Assembly (NCBI GenBank): GCA_944393135.1
Contig: CALXZC010000002.1
Location: forward strand, 686 to 64,685
Origin: an uncultured Clostridia bacterium
GTDB lineage: Bacteria; Bacillota; Clostridia; TANB77; CAG-508
Length of the DNA: 64,000 nt
Direction: 5' to 3'
The notes under the pieces were generated by a model that searched no databases, had not been told where the DNA came from, and saw only the letters and a list, made by a program, of their open reading frames with translations. The stretch's first letter is position 1, and the number at the start of each line of letters is the position of its first letter. Below are positions 30,948-41,543 of the stretch, one piece after another. The position numbers and the translations under genes were made by a program.

Positions 30948-31892
30948 TTAATCATTCATCTCTTTCTTTCCGTTATATTCATTTACTAAATATAATGGTC
31001 TATCTTTTGTTTCGTTAAATATTCTACCTAAGTATTCTCCTATTATTCCAAATAGCAATATTTGTATTCCTGAAAAGAATAGTATAAGTAATATAATTGC
31101 TTGATATGCCTGTATTGCTTGATGTACTACAAAACATTTTATAATTACATATATGAAATATACAAATAATGCAATAAATGTTGGGATTGATACATATGTT
31201 GCAAGTCTTAATGGTGAAGTTGTAAATGATGTTATTCCATCTATTGCTAAGTCTATTAATTTTTTATAATTCCATTTAGTTGTTCCTGCAACCCTTGGGT
31301 CTCTATCATATAATACTTCTTTTTTCTTATAACCTATCCAACTAAACATTGATTTTGTGTTTCTTTGGCTTTCTCTTAATTTTTTTAATGCGTTTACACA
31401 CCTTCTATCAAGTAGTCTAAAATCTCCTGTATCTTCTTGTATTTCTACTTTTGTTAGATGTTGTAACACTCTATAATACATTTTTGATGTGAATTTTTTA
31501 AGCCACGTTTCTCCTTTTCTTGAACGTCTTTTGGCATATACATCATCATATCCTTCTTCCCAATATTTAACAAGTTCTGGGATTAACTCTGGTGGGTCTT
31601 GTAAATCTGCATCCATAAATATTACACAGTCTCCTGTTGCATAATCAAGCCCTGCTATCATTGCTATTTCTTTTCCAAAATTTCTTGAAAAGTCTACATA
31701 GCATATTCTTTCATCTTTTTTTCTAAAATCTTTTATTATTTCTATCGTCTTATCTTTACTTCCGTCATTTACAAATAGAATTTCAAAGTCATAGTTTTCC
31801 ATATTTTTCATTAGTTCTTCTAATCTATCATATAATAATGGTAGAGATTCTTCTTCATTGTATGCTGGTATTATTATCGTTATTTTTTTCAT
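30948..31892 (-). CDS. Glycosyltransferase family 2 (GtrB/ArnC-like undecaprenyl-phosphate glycosyltransferase)
   Basis: IIIPAYNEEESL, FMDADLQDPPE and two C-terminal TM helices are present. Confidence 0.8.
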   Translation of the reverse strand: MKKITIIIPAYNEEESLPLLYDRLEELMKNMENYDFEILFVNDGSKDKTIEIIKDFRKKDERICYVDFSRNFGKEIAMIAGLDYATGDCVIFMDADLQDPPELIPELVKYWEEGYDDVYAKRRSRKGETWLKKFTSKMYYRVLQHLTKVEIQEDTGDFRLLDRRCVNALKKLRESQRNTKSMFSWIGYKKKEVLYDRDPRVAGTTKWNYKKLIDLAIDGITSFTTSPLRLATYVSIPTFIALFVYFIYVIIKCFVVHQAIQAYQAIILLILFFSGIQILLFGIIGEYLGRIFNETKDRPLYLVNEYNGKKEMND

Positions 31893-33435
31893 TTAATAGT
31901 CCCTTCCTTTTTACTTTATTTTTTATTTTCTGTGAAATTATTTCTATTCCTCTTAGTGAAACTGGAATTAAAATAGTAACATATGGAATTATATATCTAG
32001 ATTTTGTCTCCCATAATATATGGAAACCAAATCCTCCTAAAAATATTAAGACCAATAGTAATATTTCTTTATTTAGTTTTTGTCTATCATAAATTACAGT
32101 TATAATCGCTCCTATAAATATAATATAAATTATAGCTTTCTGATAAACTTTCATTGTTTCATATATTTTTCCACTTGTTAGATGGTCTGCTATATAATAG
32201 TCATCTATATTTTTATTTTCAGTATTTTTTATATTATAGAACCCAAATTCATACGTAGGGTCTGTCCATGTTGTAATTATCTTTTTTGTATAAAATTTTG
32301 CTGTATATATTGGATTTTGTAATAAATATTTTGCTCTTTCTTTAAATTTTTCTTTAACTTCATTTGTTATTTTTTCTACACTTTCTGGTTCATCATTCAT
32401 CAAATGATATACTGTATCTCCTGTTTGCATATTATACCAACCATTTGCGTATTCACCCTCACTCATTCCCATATATAAATATGGAATTGTTGAAAAAGAT
32501 TTATCTTTTGATAAGTTATATTTCTTATCATATGAATTTTTTATTATAGTGCTTGGAAGCATAATCATTATTATTAATATTACTAATGCTCCTATTCCTT
32601 TTAATGTTTCTTTTTTATTTTCCTTATCTAATATGTTAATAAACCAATAAATTCCTATTGCTATTGCAAATATGAAATAATTCATTCTAAGTAAACAAGC
32701 TATTGCCATACATATTGCCGTTATTACTATATTCCTTATTTTACCAGTTTCTTCATACTTGATTGCAAAATACACTGCCCATATTACAAATGGTAATCCT
32801 AAAAAATCTCCATATACAAAAGTTACAAGCATTATTATTGGTATAAATGTTAAATTAAGTATCCAAAATAATACTTTATTAACTTTTTCTTTTTTATATA
32901 TTGTCCTTGTTATTGCATATAATCCTAAAACTGTTATTACATTACATATTACATTTAAATATTGAAATACAACGTAATTAGTAGTATTTAAAATTTTAAA
33001 TATCATTACCATTACAGATACTTGTGTTAATTGTTGTGTGTGATATTGTATATAGTTTGAACAATATTCCGATAGTCCATTTCCTGCAATTATTTCTTTT
33101 GCAATAACCATTAATTGTTCAGAATCTGCATAAGGCATTGCAATAGATTGTGATATCCATATTATTTGAATTGAAGCATATAATATTAATGCTATTACAA
33201 TTATTGTTATCTTTACTTTTTTGCTTATTTTTATTTTCTCTAATCCATAACTTACTAGAATGATTATTCCTGCAATTACAAGGCTTACAAATAGTTTTAA
33301 TATTCCATAATACTGAATATTTGAAACTTCATTTTGGTCTATTTGATTTATATATACTAGATTAGAAATCGCAATTATAAACATAGCAATAAGTGCTAGA
33401 AAATATATTATTCTTTTAATCATTTTACTAAGCAT
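31855..33435 (-). CDS. Polytopic GT-C type (ArnT/PMT-like) glycosyltransferase
   Basis: 526 aa with many TM helices. Together with the GtrA and GtrB-like genes it forms a three-component glycosylation module. Confidence 0.5.
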   Translation of the reverse strand: MLSKMIKRIIYFLALIAMFIIAISNLVYINQIDQNEVSNIQYYGILKLFVSLVIAGIIILVSYGLEKIKISKKVKITIIVIALILYASIQIIWISQSIAMPYADSEQLMVIAKEIIAGNGLSEYCSNYIQYHTQQLTQVSVMVMIFKILNTTNYVVFQYLNVICNVITVLGLYAITRTIYKKEKVNKVLFWILNLTFIPIIMLVTFVYGDFLGLPFVIWAVYFAIKYEETGKIRNIVITAICMAIACLLRMNYFIFAIAIGIYWFINILDKENKKETLKGIGALVILIIMIMLPSTIIKNSYDKKYNLSKDKSFSTIPYLYMGMSEGEYANGWYNMQTGDTVYHLMNDEPESVEKITNEVKEKFKERAKYLLQNPIYTAKFYTKKIITTWTDPTYEFGFYNIKNTENKNIDDYYIADHLTSGKIYETMKVYQKAIIYIIFIGAIITVIYDRQKLNKEILLLVLIFLGGFGFHILWETKSRYIIPYVTILIPVSLRGIEIISQKIKNKVKRKGLLNEKNNDNNTSIQ

Positions 33436-33457
33436 CTATTTTCTTCCTTTGCTTTTA

Positions 33458-34411
33458 TTATTCTCTAAATAAATCTCCAACTGGCTCTTCTTCATGTATT
33501 CTTCTTATAACTTCTGCAAATAATGGCGCAATAGATAATACTTTTATTTTATCTATTTGCTTTTCTTTTGTTAAAGGTATTGTATTTGTTACAACTAATT
33601 CTTTTATTTCTGAATTTTTAATCCTATCTATTGCTGGTCCAGATAAGACAGCATGTGTACATCCTGCATATATTGCTTTTGCTCCAAATCTATTTAAAAC
33701 TTTTACTGTTTCCATCATTGAACCTGCTGTATCTATCTCATCATCAAAAATAATAGCATTTTTGTTTTTAACATCACCAATTATTGTACTTGCTATTGCC
33801 CTGTCATCATTTCCCTCCCTTCTTTTATCTACTAATGCTATCGGACAATTAAAGTATTCTGAATATTTATATGCTTTTTTAGAACTTCCCGCATCTGTTG
33901 CAACAATTACCATATTATCTAATTTTTTAGATTTAAAATAATCTTCTAATATATATTCTCCTGTTAATCTATCACAATTTATGTTAAAATATCCTTGGAT
34001 TGCAGGATTGTGTAAATCACAAGTAATTACTCTAGTTGCTCCTGCAGCTTCTATTATTTCTGCCATTAATTTTGCTGTAATTGGAACTCTTGCTTGATCT
34101 TTTTTATCTGACCTTGAATATGGAAAATATGGTAATACTACATTTATATTTTTAGCAGATGCCCTTTTTATTGCATCTATTGTAATTAGTAATTCCATTA
34201 TTCTTTCATTTACTGGTGGTCTTGTTGTTTGAACTATATAAACATCCTTTTGACGTACTGTTTCTAAAACTTGTACAAAATTATTATCATTTTTAAATTT
34301 CATATGGTTAATTTTTCCTACTTCAATTCCTAAACAATCACAAATCTCTTTTGTAAAATCTTCTGCTGTAGGACAAGCAAATATTTTTATTTTTTCCATC
34401 TTTTCTTCCAT
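33458..34411 (-). CDS. prs: Ribose-phosphate pyrophosphokinase
   Basis: VLPYFPYSRSDKK, DLHNPAIQGYF and IIFDDEIDTAGS motifs are present. Confidence 0.9.
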   Translation of the reverse strand: MEEKMEKIKIFACPTAEDFTKEICDCLGIEVGKINHMKFKNDNNFVQVLETVRQKDVYIVQTTRPPVNERIMELLITIDAIKRASAKNINVVLPYFPYSRSDKKDQARVPITAKLMAEIIEAAGATRVITCDLHNPAIQGYFNINCDRLTGEYILEDYFKSKKLDNMVIVATDAGSSKKAYKYSEYFNCPIALVDKRREGNDDRAIASTIIGDVKNKNAIIFDDEIDTAGSMMETVKVLNRFGAKAIYAGCTHAVLSGPAIDRIKNSEIKELVVTNTIPLTKEKQIDKIKVLSIAPLFAEVIRRIHEEEPVGDLFRE

Positions 34412-34427
34412 ATTCTTCCTCCAAATA

Positions 34428-34467
34428 AAGCAACTTAAAAATCCACAACAAGGCTTTTAAGTTGCTT
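34428..34467 (-). terminator. Hairpin between the ABC permease gene and prs
   Basis: 12-bp stem agcaacttaaaa / ttttaagttgct, immediately downstream of the stop at 34477. Confidence 0.5.
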
Positions 34468-34476
34468 CTAGTTTAT

Positions 34477-35250
34477 TTATAATTCCTCTGCAAATCCTTT
34501 TTGTAGTTTTTTGAATATAAAATATCCTATTACTGTTAATATTAATGAAATTCCTAATAAAATCATCAATATTTTCATGTTTGGCATTTGGTGATAATAG
34601 AATATATCCCTATAAGCATTTATCAAATGTGTCATTGGATTTAATTGTACTATTACCTGTAATGTATGAGGTAATTGTTCTAGCTTATAGACTATTGGCG
34701 TTGCATAAAATGCTGCCATTAATATAACTCCAATAATATGTTCTAAATCTCTAAAATAAACTGTTACTGAAGATACAATAAAGCTTATTCCTAATAACAA
34801 AACATATTGTATAAGTAATATTAATGGATAAAACAATAAATACCATGATAAACCTACTTTAAAAAATATTACAAATGCAAGTATTATTATTGTGGATATT
34901 ACAAAATTTACTGCTCCACTTGTTACTACTGATATTGGAAGTATTTCTCTTGGGAAATATACCTTCTTTATTATATCTGCATTTCCTATTACCGTAAATG
35001 CTGCTTGTGTTATAGCTGTTGTAAAATAAGTCCATGGTATAAGAGCAATACAAATATATATTGGATATGTTTCATCTCCACCTGCAAGTAATGCTCCAAA
35101 TATTACAGAATATACAAGTAATTGTAAAAGTGGATTTAAAAATGACCACATTATTCCAAGTATTGAGTTTTTATATCTTCCCCTTATTTCTTTTTTTACA
35201 TTTGTTTTTAATAATTCTCTGTAATTATATATCTTCTTAAATATGTTCAT
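34477..35250 (-). CDS. ABC-2 type polysaccharide/teichoic-acid export permease (TagG-like)
   Basis: 257 aa with 6 TM helices and the typical N-terminal stretch ELLKTNVKKEIRGRYKNSILGIMWSFLNP. Confidence 0.8.
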   Translation of the reverse strand: MNIFKKIYNYRELLKTNVKKEIRGRYKNSILGIMWSFLNPLLQLLVYSVIFGALLAGGDETYPIYICIALIPWTYFTTAITQAAFTVIGNADIIKKVYFPREILPISVVTSGAVNFVISTIIILAFVIFFKVGLSWYLLFYPLILLIQYVLLLGISFIVSSVTVYFRDLEHIIGVILMAAFYATPIVYKLEQLPHTLQVIVQLNPMTHLINAYRDIFYYHQMPNMKILMILLGISLILTVIGYFIFKKLQKGFAEEL

Positions 35251-35258
35251 ATTTCCTC

Positions 35259-36005
35259 CTACATTGTTACCTTTAAGTACTCATTTACTACTTCATCTGT
35301 ATTTCCATCCATTCTAACTCGTCCATCATAAAGCCATACTGCTCTATCACATAAGTTTCTAACAGAATCCATACTATGTGTAACAAACACCATTGTTTTC
35401 CCTTCTTTTTTTAACTCTCTCATCTTATTAAAACATTTTTCTTGGAAATGCTGGTCTCCTACAGATAAGATTTCATCTATAAGTAATATATCTGCATCCA
35501 CATTAATTGCAACTGAAAATGCTAGACGCATATACATTCCTGATGAATAAGTTCTTACTGGGTTATCTATAAAGTCCTGTAATTCTGAAAATTCTATTAT
35601 TTGGTCAAGTCTTGCATCTATTTCTTTTCTTGTCAATCCAAAAATAGATGAATTAAAATATATATTTTCTCTTCCTGAAAAATCAGGATGAAAACCAGCA
35701 CCTAATTCTAGTAATGATGTTAATTTTCCTTTTGTTTCAATCGTTCCTTTATTTGGAAAAATTATTTGTGTCATTAATTTTAATAAAGTTGACTTTCCAC
35801 TTCCATTAACACCAATTAAAGCTACTGTTTCTCCTTTTTTTATATCTAAATTTATATCTTTTAAAACTTCTCTTTTTTCTCTTCTTTTATTTCTTGCAAA
35901 AAATAACATTCTTTCTTTTAATGTATTTGCTCTATCATAATAAATATTAAAACTTTTATATACATGGTCTACTTTTATTGCTATATCTTCTTCATTTTCT
36001 TTCAT
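35259..36005 (-). CDS. ABC transporter ATP-binding protein (TagH-like)
   Basis: The Walker A motif is GVNGSGKST, the ABC signature is YSSGMYMRL and the Walker B motif is ILLIDE. Confidence 0.85.
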   Translation of the reverse strand: MKENEEDIAIKVDHVYKSFNIYYDRANTLKERMLFFARNKRREKREVLKDINLDIKKGETVALIGVNGSGKSTLLKLMTQIIFPNKGTIETKGKLTSLLELGAGFHPDFSGRENIYFNSSIFGLTRKEIDARLDQIIEFSELQDFIDNPVRTYSSGMYMRLAFSVAINVDADILLIDEILSVGDQHFQEKCFNKMRELKKEGKTMVFVTHSMDSVRNLCDRAVWLYDGRVRMDGNTDEVVNEYLKVTM

Positions 36006-36109
36006 TTTCTAGCTCCTTTTGCGAATTAATTCATGGTAATTATATCATAAATTCCCTTCTTGTCAATTCTTTGAAATTTAAATATGCTGATTTTTTCTTT
36101 TAAAAGGTA

Positions 36110-36138
36110 AAAGACTAGATATAGCACACCTAGTCTTT
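36110..36138 (-). terminator. Hairpin downstream of the AAA ATPase gene
   Basis: 9-bp stem aaagactag / ctagtcttt with T runs on both sides. Confidence 0.45.
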
Positions 36139-36222
36139 TTAAAACTATTTTGAACAGTTTTCTTTCTTAAGCTATTTACATTATAGCTTATTTTTCATTA
36201 TACGTCAATTTTTAAAAATTAT

Positions 36223-37542
36223 TTATTTTATCAAGAAAGTAGCATACAATGGTACTGATTTTATATTATTCTCAAATCCAAAGTTTTTACTAGAAACTCT
36301 AATTGCATATTTAGGCTTAAATCTTTCCATATAAGCATTTAAACTCTTTGACTTAGTATTATCACTAGATTTTACCTCAACAGGTATTAACCCATCTTCA
36401 TTATAAATTATAAAATCAATTTCAGCATCACTTTTAGATTTCCAATAATATAAACTAATATTATTAAAAACCAATTCTTGTGCTACATAGTTTTCTGCTA
36501 AAACTCCTTTGTATAAAAATTTATCATTTAAAATTATTTGACCATAATTTATTTCTAGCAATGATGTTAAAATTCCTACATCACTTAAAAATAACTTAAA
36601 AATTTCGTTGTCTATATATGCCTTTGGCGGAATATTTATTGAATCTAAAACCGTACATTTATATACTAAATTACTAGAATATAGCCAATTTAATGCAGAT
36701 TCATAATCTTTGCTTCTTGCACCTTTTTTTATTTTTGAATACTGAAATTTTCTGCTTGAATTTTCTAACTGGGCTGGTATTGTCTTATATGTTTCTTCAA
36801 TTCTTGTTGCTTCAAAAGAATTTAAAACATATTTATTCATATCATTTAAATACGAATTTATAATATCTTTTATAATTTCTTTATCATATTTTAAAATATC
36901 TTTATCAACCTGCAAATAATTATTAATACAAGAAGGCATTCCTCCAACACATAAATAATATTTATACAAATCCATCAATTTTTGATGTAAAACATCACTC
37001 ATTTTTTTATTTTGATTATAACACTTTCTTATTTCGTCTACTAAAGTTTCCCCCATCTCAGGCATATTGGCTAGAATAAATTCTTCAAAATCCATAGGAT
37101 ACATATTTATCATTCTAACCTTTCCTACTGGGAACGAACTATGAAATCTATTTATTTTTACACCTAATAAACTACCTGCACAAATAATTTTAAATGGTCT
37201 TTTGTCCTCACAAAAGTATTTTAGACTACTTATTATTTCCTCACTCTCTTGCACTTCATCAAAAAATATAATAGTGTTTTCTATATCTATAGATTTATTT
37301 AAAATAATTTGGAGCCTCATAAATTTTTCTTCTGTTGATATTTTTTGTTTAAACATTTCAACTATTTCACTATGTTCTAAAAGATTAATATATATATTCT
37401 TTTCAAATTCTTTTTCACAGAATTCTTTTATTATATAGGTCTTTCCTACTTGTCGCGCACCAATTACCATTAGTGGAGTATCAATATTTTTTTCTTTCCA
37501 TTTTAATAGCTGTTCATATATTTTTCTTTTCAAGCTATTCAC
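36223..37542 (-). CDS. AAA-family ATPase with a DUF4143-like C-terminus
   Basis: The Walker A motif is GARQVGKTY and the Walker B-like motif is IIFFDEVQ. The ORF is 439 aa and is bounded by long intergenic gaps inside the glycan locus. Confidence 0.65.
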   Translation of the reverse strand: MNSLKRKIYEQLLKWKEKNIDTPLMVIGARQVGKTYIIKEFCEKEFEKNIYINLLEHSEIVEMFKQKISTEEKFMRLQIILNKSIDIENTIIFFDEVQESEEIISSLKYFCEDKRPFKIICAGSLLGVKINRFHSSFPVGKVRMINMYPMDFEEFILANMPEMGETLVDEIRKCYNQNKKMSDVLHQKLMDLYKYYLCVGGMPSCINNYLQVDKDILKYDKEIIKDIINSYLNDMNKYVLNSFEATRIEETYKTIPAQLENSSRKFQYSKIKKGARSKDYESALNWLYSSNLVYKCTVLDSINIPPKAYIDNEIFKLFLSDVGILTSLLEINYGQIILNDKFLYKGVLAENYVAQELVFNNISLYYWKSKSDAEIDFIIYNEDGLIPVEVKSSDNTKSKSLNAYMERFKPKYAIRVSSKNFGFENNIKSVPLYATFLIK

Positions 37543-37703
37543 CTCACTTTTAAACTAATCTTATTATAACACATCCCATCATCTATATCAACACTTTTTT
37601 GGATGAATATTTTGTCGTTATCTACATTTTTTCGGATGAATGTTTTGTTGCTTTTTACATTTTTTGAGAGAAATAAAAATTATTTTTGCCACTTTGGGTC
37701 GTT

Positions 37704-39485
37704 TTATTTTCTTTGAAGCCCAATTCCAACAAATAATGGTAAGCTTACAAACATTGCATAAATATAACGTAACTCTCCTGATACTGGTGATGCAAGACAA
37801 GTTAAATATAATATTCCTACTGGTATAAACATAAGTAAGTATTTATATCTTTTTTGATAAATATTATAAAACACTATTCCTAGTACAATCCAAAATACAA
37901 ATCCTATATTTGCAATTAAACTTATAATTGGTATTTTCTTTTCATAAATACTATTTATCATATTATCTATAATTGGTAAATTTACTAATTGTGTTTCTTG
38001 TAAATTCATAAAATTTTCCTGTTCAAAAGGTGACTTATATACACCTGTTGCAACTGGATATGTTACTGCTTCTGGATAGTAATATCCATAAGTATTTCCA
38101 ACTAGTGCTTCTAAAGTTTCTCCTGGATATTTAAGTGCTAATTTTATATATAGTTTTACTAAATTTAATTTATCTTGATTAAATGTTCCATCATTAAAAG
38201 TATTTTTTACGGGGTCTGATATTGTTGGATCATAATTTTCAGCTGCATTATTTATATCTATACATTGTCCAATTAAATCTTTATATTCTTGTGGTAATTC
38301 ATCTTGCTTATACTTTACTATCCTTGCCATTTGTTGTATAGGTATTGATAACATTTCCCTTGGTGAACTTTTAGCTATGTTTAACTTATTAAATACTGGA
38401 CCTGTTATAATATAGTAAAATACTATTGGTAATAAAAATATTAATAATATTTGTTTCCAATATTTTCTAAAAAATAAAATAACAAATGGTATAGTTAGAA
38501 TTACTATATATACTCCATTATTCCTAAAAAATAGCACACATAGAGTTATTATTATGAAAAATAATAAATTTCTCTTGTTACTAAAAAATTCTTCTTTGTT
38601 TGTTATTATTTCAATAATTCCGATTAAGAACCATACCATAAACATTGCAAATGGTACATCTTTCCATACTGCTATACTAAATTGTGGAATAAATGGTATA
38701 AATGCAAATCCTATGAAAGTAAGTAACTTAAATGTTGGATTTACGTTTTTCTTTCCCATATAATAAATCACAAAAGATAATGTAATTGCACAAAAAATCA
38801 TTTGTAATATTGAATATAAAGCTATTCCTACATTATAATCTCCTGTTATAGCATGTCCTATTTTCACAATACTACTCATTAAAAAAGTATGTAACACTGG
38901 ATGATGATTGTTATAAGGAATTTTTCCAAATCCTTGCATTAATTGATAATGCGTATCATATGATGTAATTCCTGGATAGTAATTTAAAAAATATGGAAGC
39001 CATAATATAAAAAGTAATACTGCTACAATTACAAAACTTTTTAAATTAGTTCTTAATATGTCTTTTCCTGTTTTTTCCCACTTTATATTTTCTATTATGC
39101 TAAATAATATTTTTATTATATTATAAAATAAGATTGAAAAACTAATAAATTTAAATATCATAAAAATTACTATTTCTTTAGTAACTATTACTTCTGTCGT
39201 AATCCAATTATTTTTAGTTACAACACCTAAAACTTGGAATTTTGCAAGAATTAATGATAAAATTGCGCTACAGACTTTTAATCTCTTTTTTTCATATTTA
39301 TCTGATTGCTTAAATATCATATAAATAAATACACATAAAAACAGCCAAATAATCTGGTTTCCTTCAAAATAAAACATATTATTTTCTACATATATAGAAA
39401 TACTTAAACCTATTGTTAGAAAAATACTTAATATTATCCATATTATCTTTTTATTGTTTCTTAACATTTCCTTTACTTTTTGCAA
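37704..39485 (-). CDS. Large polytopic membrane protein, paralog of 43492..45384
   Basis: 593 aa. It shares YNNHHPVLHTF, the SILQMIF region, the WKDVPFAMFMV region, FRNNG, PIQQMARIVKY and the C-terminal GELRYIYAMF block with the paralog. Confidence 0.55.
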   Translation of the reverse strand: MQKVKEMLRNNKKIIWIILSIFLTIGLSISIYVENNMFYFEGNQIIWLFLCVFIYMIFKQSDKYEKKRLKVCSAILSLILAKFQVLGVVTKNNWITTEVIVTKEIVIFMIFKFISFSILFYNIIKILFSIIENIKWEKTGKDILRTNLKSFVIVAVLLFILWLPYFLNYYPGITSYDTHYQLMQGFGKIPYNNHHPVLHTFLMSSIVKIGHAITGDYNVGIALYSILQMIFCAITLSFVIYYMGKKNVNPTFKLLTFIGFAFIPFIPQFSIAVWKDVPFAMFMVWFLIGIIEIITNKEEFFSNKRNLLFFIIITLCVLFFRNNGVYIVILTIPFVILFFRKYWKQILLIFLLPIVFYYIITGPVFNKLNIAKSSPREMLSIPIQQMARIVKYKQDELPQEYKDLIGQCIDINNAAENYDPTISDPVKNTFNDGTFNQDKLNLVKLYIKLALKYPGETLEALVGNTYGYYYPEAVTYPVATGVYKSPFEQENFMNLQETQLVNLPIIDNMINSIYEKKIPIISLIANIGFVFWIVLGIVFYNIYQKRYKYLLMFIPVGILYLTCLASPVSGELRYIYAMFVSLPLFVGIGLQRK

Positions 39486-39496
39486 TTTATTTCCCC

Positions 39497-40387
39497 CTAA
39501 AATTTCATTTTAGACTTTATTATTCCTGGTATATACAATAATAAATATAATAATTTATTTTCGAGACTTTTTATATTTCCTATTTTCTTTTTTGCTTTTG
39601 TTAAATATTCAAACAAAATATAATGTTTTATTGCATATAATCTTTTTGAAAATAAAACATTTCTCATATCTTTTTGCATAATTTCTTTAAAATATTCAAA
39701 ATATCCATATTTATTTTGTATAAACTCTTTTGTTATATTTTTTGTATATCCTTCTTTTTGATATTCACATATCATAATTGGTTTATTTATACAAATCATT
39801 TTATATTTTTCATCAATTTTATGATACATCCTAGCTTCTGTAATAAATTTTTCTCCATGTTCTAATTCATGCCTATATTTTTTTCTGACATTAGCAAAAA
39901 ATACTATAGCCTTTTCTCCTGTTTCCCCTTCTTTAAAATATAAATCAAACATTGTTGTTTCATTATTTTTAAAATTATTTCCCATATTATTACCATTTTG
40001 GTCATTTTTCAAAAAACACAAACAATAATATTCTCCAGTTTCTATTTTTTCTATATTTTTATAGTAATTTTCTTCTATTATCTTAAAAGCATCATGTATA
40101 AAGTAATCATCAGAATCACAGTCTACTATTAAATCCCCACTTGATTTTTCTACTAAATTATTTATAGCTGCCATCTTTCCTTGATTTTCTTGATAAAAAT
40201 ATTTTATTTTCAAATTATCATTTTCTTCAAAACTCTCTACTACTTTTTTAGTATCATCTACTGAACCATCATCCTGAATTAGCCATTCTATACTAATTTT
40301 ATATTTACTATTTTTAACTAAACTTTCATATAATTTTCCTAACATACTAGCTCTATTATATGTTGCAGTAAGCACTGATATTTTCAT
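39497..40387 (-). CDS. Glycosyltransferase family 2
   Basis: ISVLTATYNRASML and DCDSDDY motifs are present. Confidence 0.75.
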   Translation of the reverse strand: MKISVLTATYNRASMLGKLYESLVKNSKYKISIEWLIQDDGSVDDTKKVVESFEENDNLKIKYFYQENQGKMAAINNLVEKSSGDLIVDCDSDDYFIHDAFKIIEENYYKNIEKIETGEYYCLCFLKNDQNGNNMGNNFKNNETTMFDLYFKEGETGEKAIVFFANVRKKYRHELEHGEKFITEARMYHKIDEKYKMICINKPIMICEYQKEGYTKNITKEFIQNKYGYFEYFKEIMQKDMRNVLFSKRLYAIKHYILFEYLTKAKKKIGNIKSLENKLLYLLLYIPGIIKSKMKF

Positions 40388-40388
40388 T

Positions 40389-41516
40389 CTACTCTCCTAT
40401 AAACTCTTTTATCTTTTCTATAATTTTTGTGTTATCATATTCTTTCATATTTTCATTATAGTTACCATCAATATCTTTATTTCTTTTTTCTATAATTTCT
40501 GCCAATCCATTATAAATACCATCATTACTATTTTCTAAAATCCATTTTTTATCATAATCTTCTACCGCTTCTCTTGCTGCAGTGTCTGTTATAATAATTG
40601 GCTTTCCTAATATTTTAGCTTCTTCTAAAACCATACCATATCCTTCAAACCTTGATAGTAAGCAGAAATAATCAGCATTTTTAATATATGGATATGGATT
40701 TTCCTTTTGTCCTAATAAGAAAAAACTATTTTCTACTTTATTTTCTTTTATTAAATTTTCTAGTTTTTCTCTTTCAGGTCCATCTCCTATTACATAGAAC
40801 TTATGGTTATATCCACTTTCTATTAACTTTTTTTGGATTTCTATTATTCTATCAATTCCTTTTTGATATACTAATCTTGAAACAGTTACAAAATTAATAT
40901 CTTCTTTTTTAAAATAAATATCTATATCTTCTAAAGATTTTTTTATTATTTTTTCTTTATCTATATAATTATAAATAACTTTCTTATGTTCATCACTTAT
41001 ATTTAAATTAGTATATGTTTTATCAAAATCACACATATTTTCTTTACTAACAAATACTAAATCATTATATTTATCATAAATCTTTTTATCTAAATATTTT
41101 TTTAGTCTTGCTTTTAATCCTTTTCCAAATACTAATGATATATCATTATGTACCCATGCAATTTTCCTAACATTTTTATTTTTCACACTAAATAACCTTG
41201 TTATTGGACCTTCTAAAAATGCTATTTCCACATCATAATTTCCTTTAATATTTTTATTATATATACTATTTTTTAATAACAATACTTTTAATGGCACAAC
41301 TATTTTTTGTTTTAATTTAGACATTTCTTTATATGAATATTTAAACAAGCTTTTTAGCTTAACATTACTATTTAATTCTTTTTCAAGCTCTCCTTTGGCA
41401 TATAAAGCAAATATTGTAATGTCATAACTTTTAGATAACTCATTTGCTAAATCTACTAAAACTCGCTCTGCACCACCTATTGTTAACCCTGTAATACCAA
41501 ATAATATCTTTTTCAT
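40389..41516 (-). CDS. Glycosyltransferase family 4 (GT1-fold)
   Basis: The N-terminus is GLTIGGAERV and the C-terminal EX7E-type region is SRFEGYGMVLEEA. Confidence 0.8.
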   Translation of the reverse strand: MKKILFGITGLTIGGAERVLVDLANELSKSYDITIFALYAKGELEKELNSNVKLKSLFKYSYKEMSKLKQKIVVPLKVLLLKNSIYNKNIKGNYDVEIAFLEGPITRLFSVKNKNVRKIAWVHNDISLVFGKGLKARLKKYLDKKIYDKYNDLVFVSKENMCDFDKTYTNLNISDEHKKVIYNYIDKEKIIKKSLEDIDIYFKKEDINFVTVSRLVYQKGIDRIIEIQKKLIESGYNHKFYVIGDGPEREKLENLIKENKVENSFFLLGQKENPYPYIKNADYFCLLSRFEGYGMVLEEAKILGKPIIITDTAAREAVEDYDKKWILENSNDGIYNGLAEIIEKRNKDIDGNYNENMKEYDNTKIIEKIKEFIGE

Positions 41517-41543
41517 TTTTCTTCCTTCTTGATTATTTTTTCT

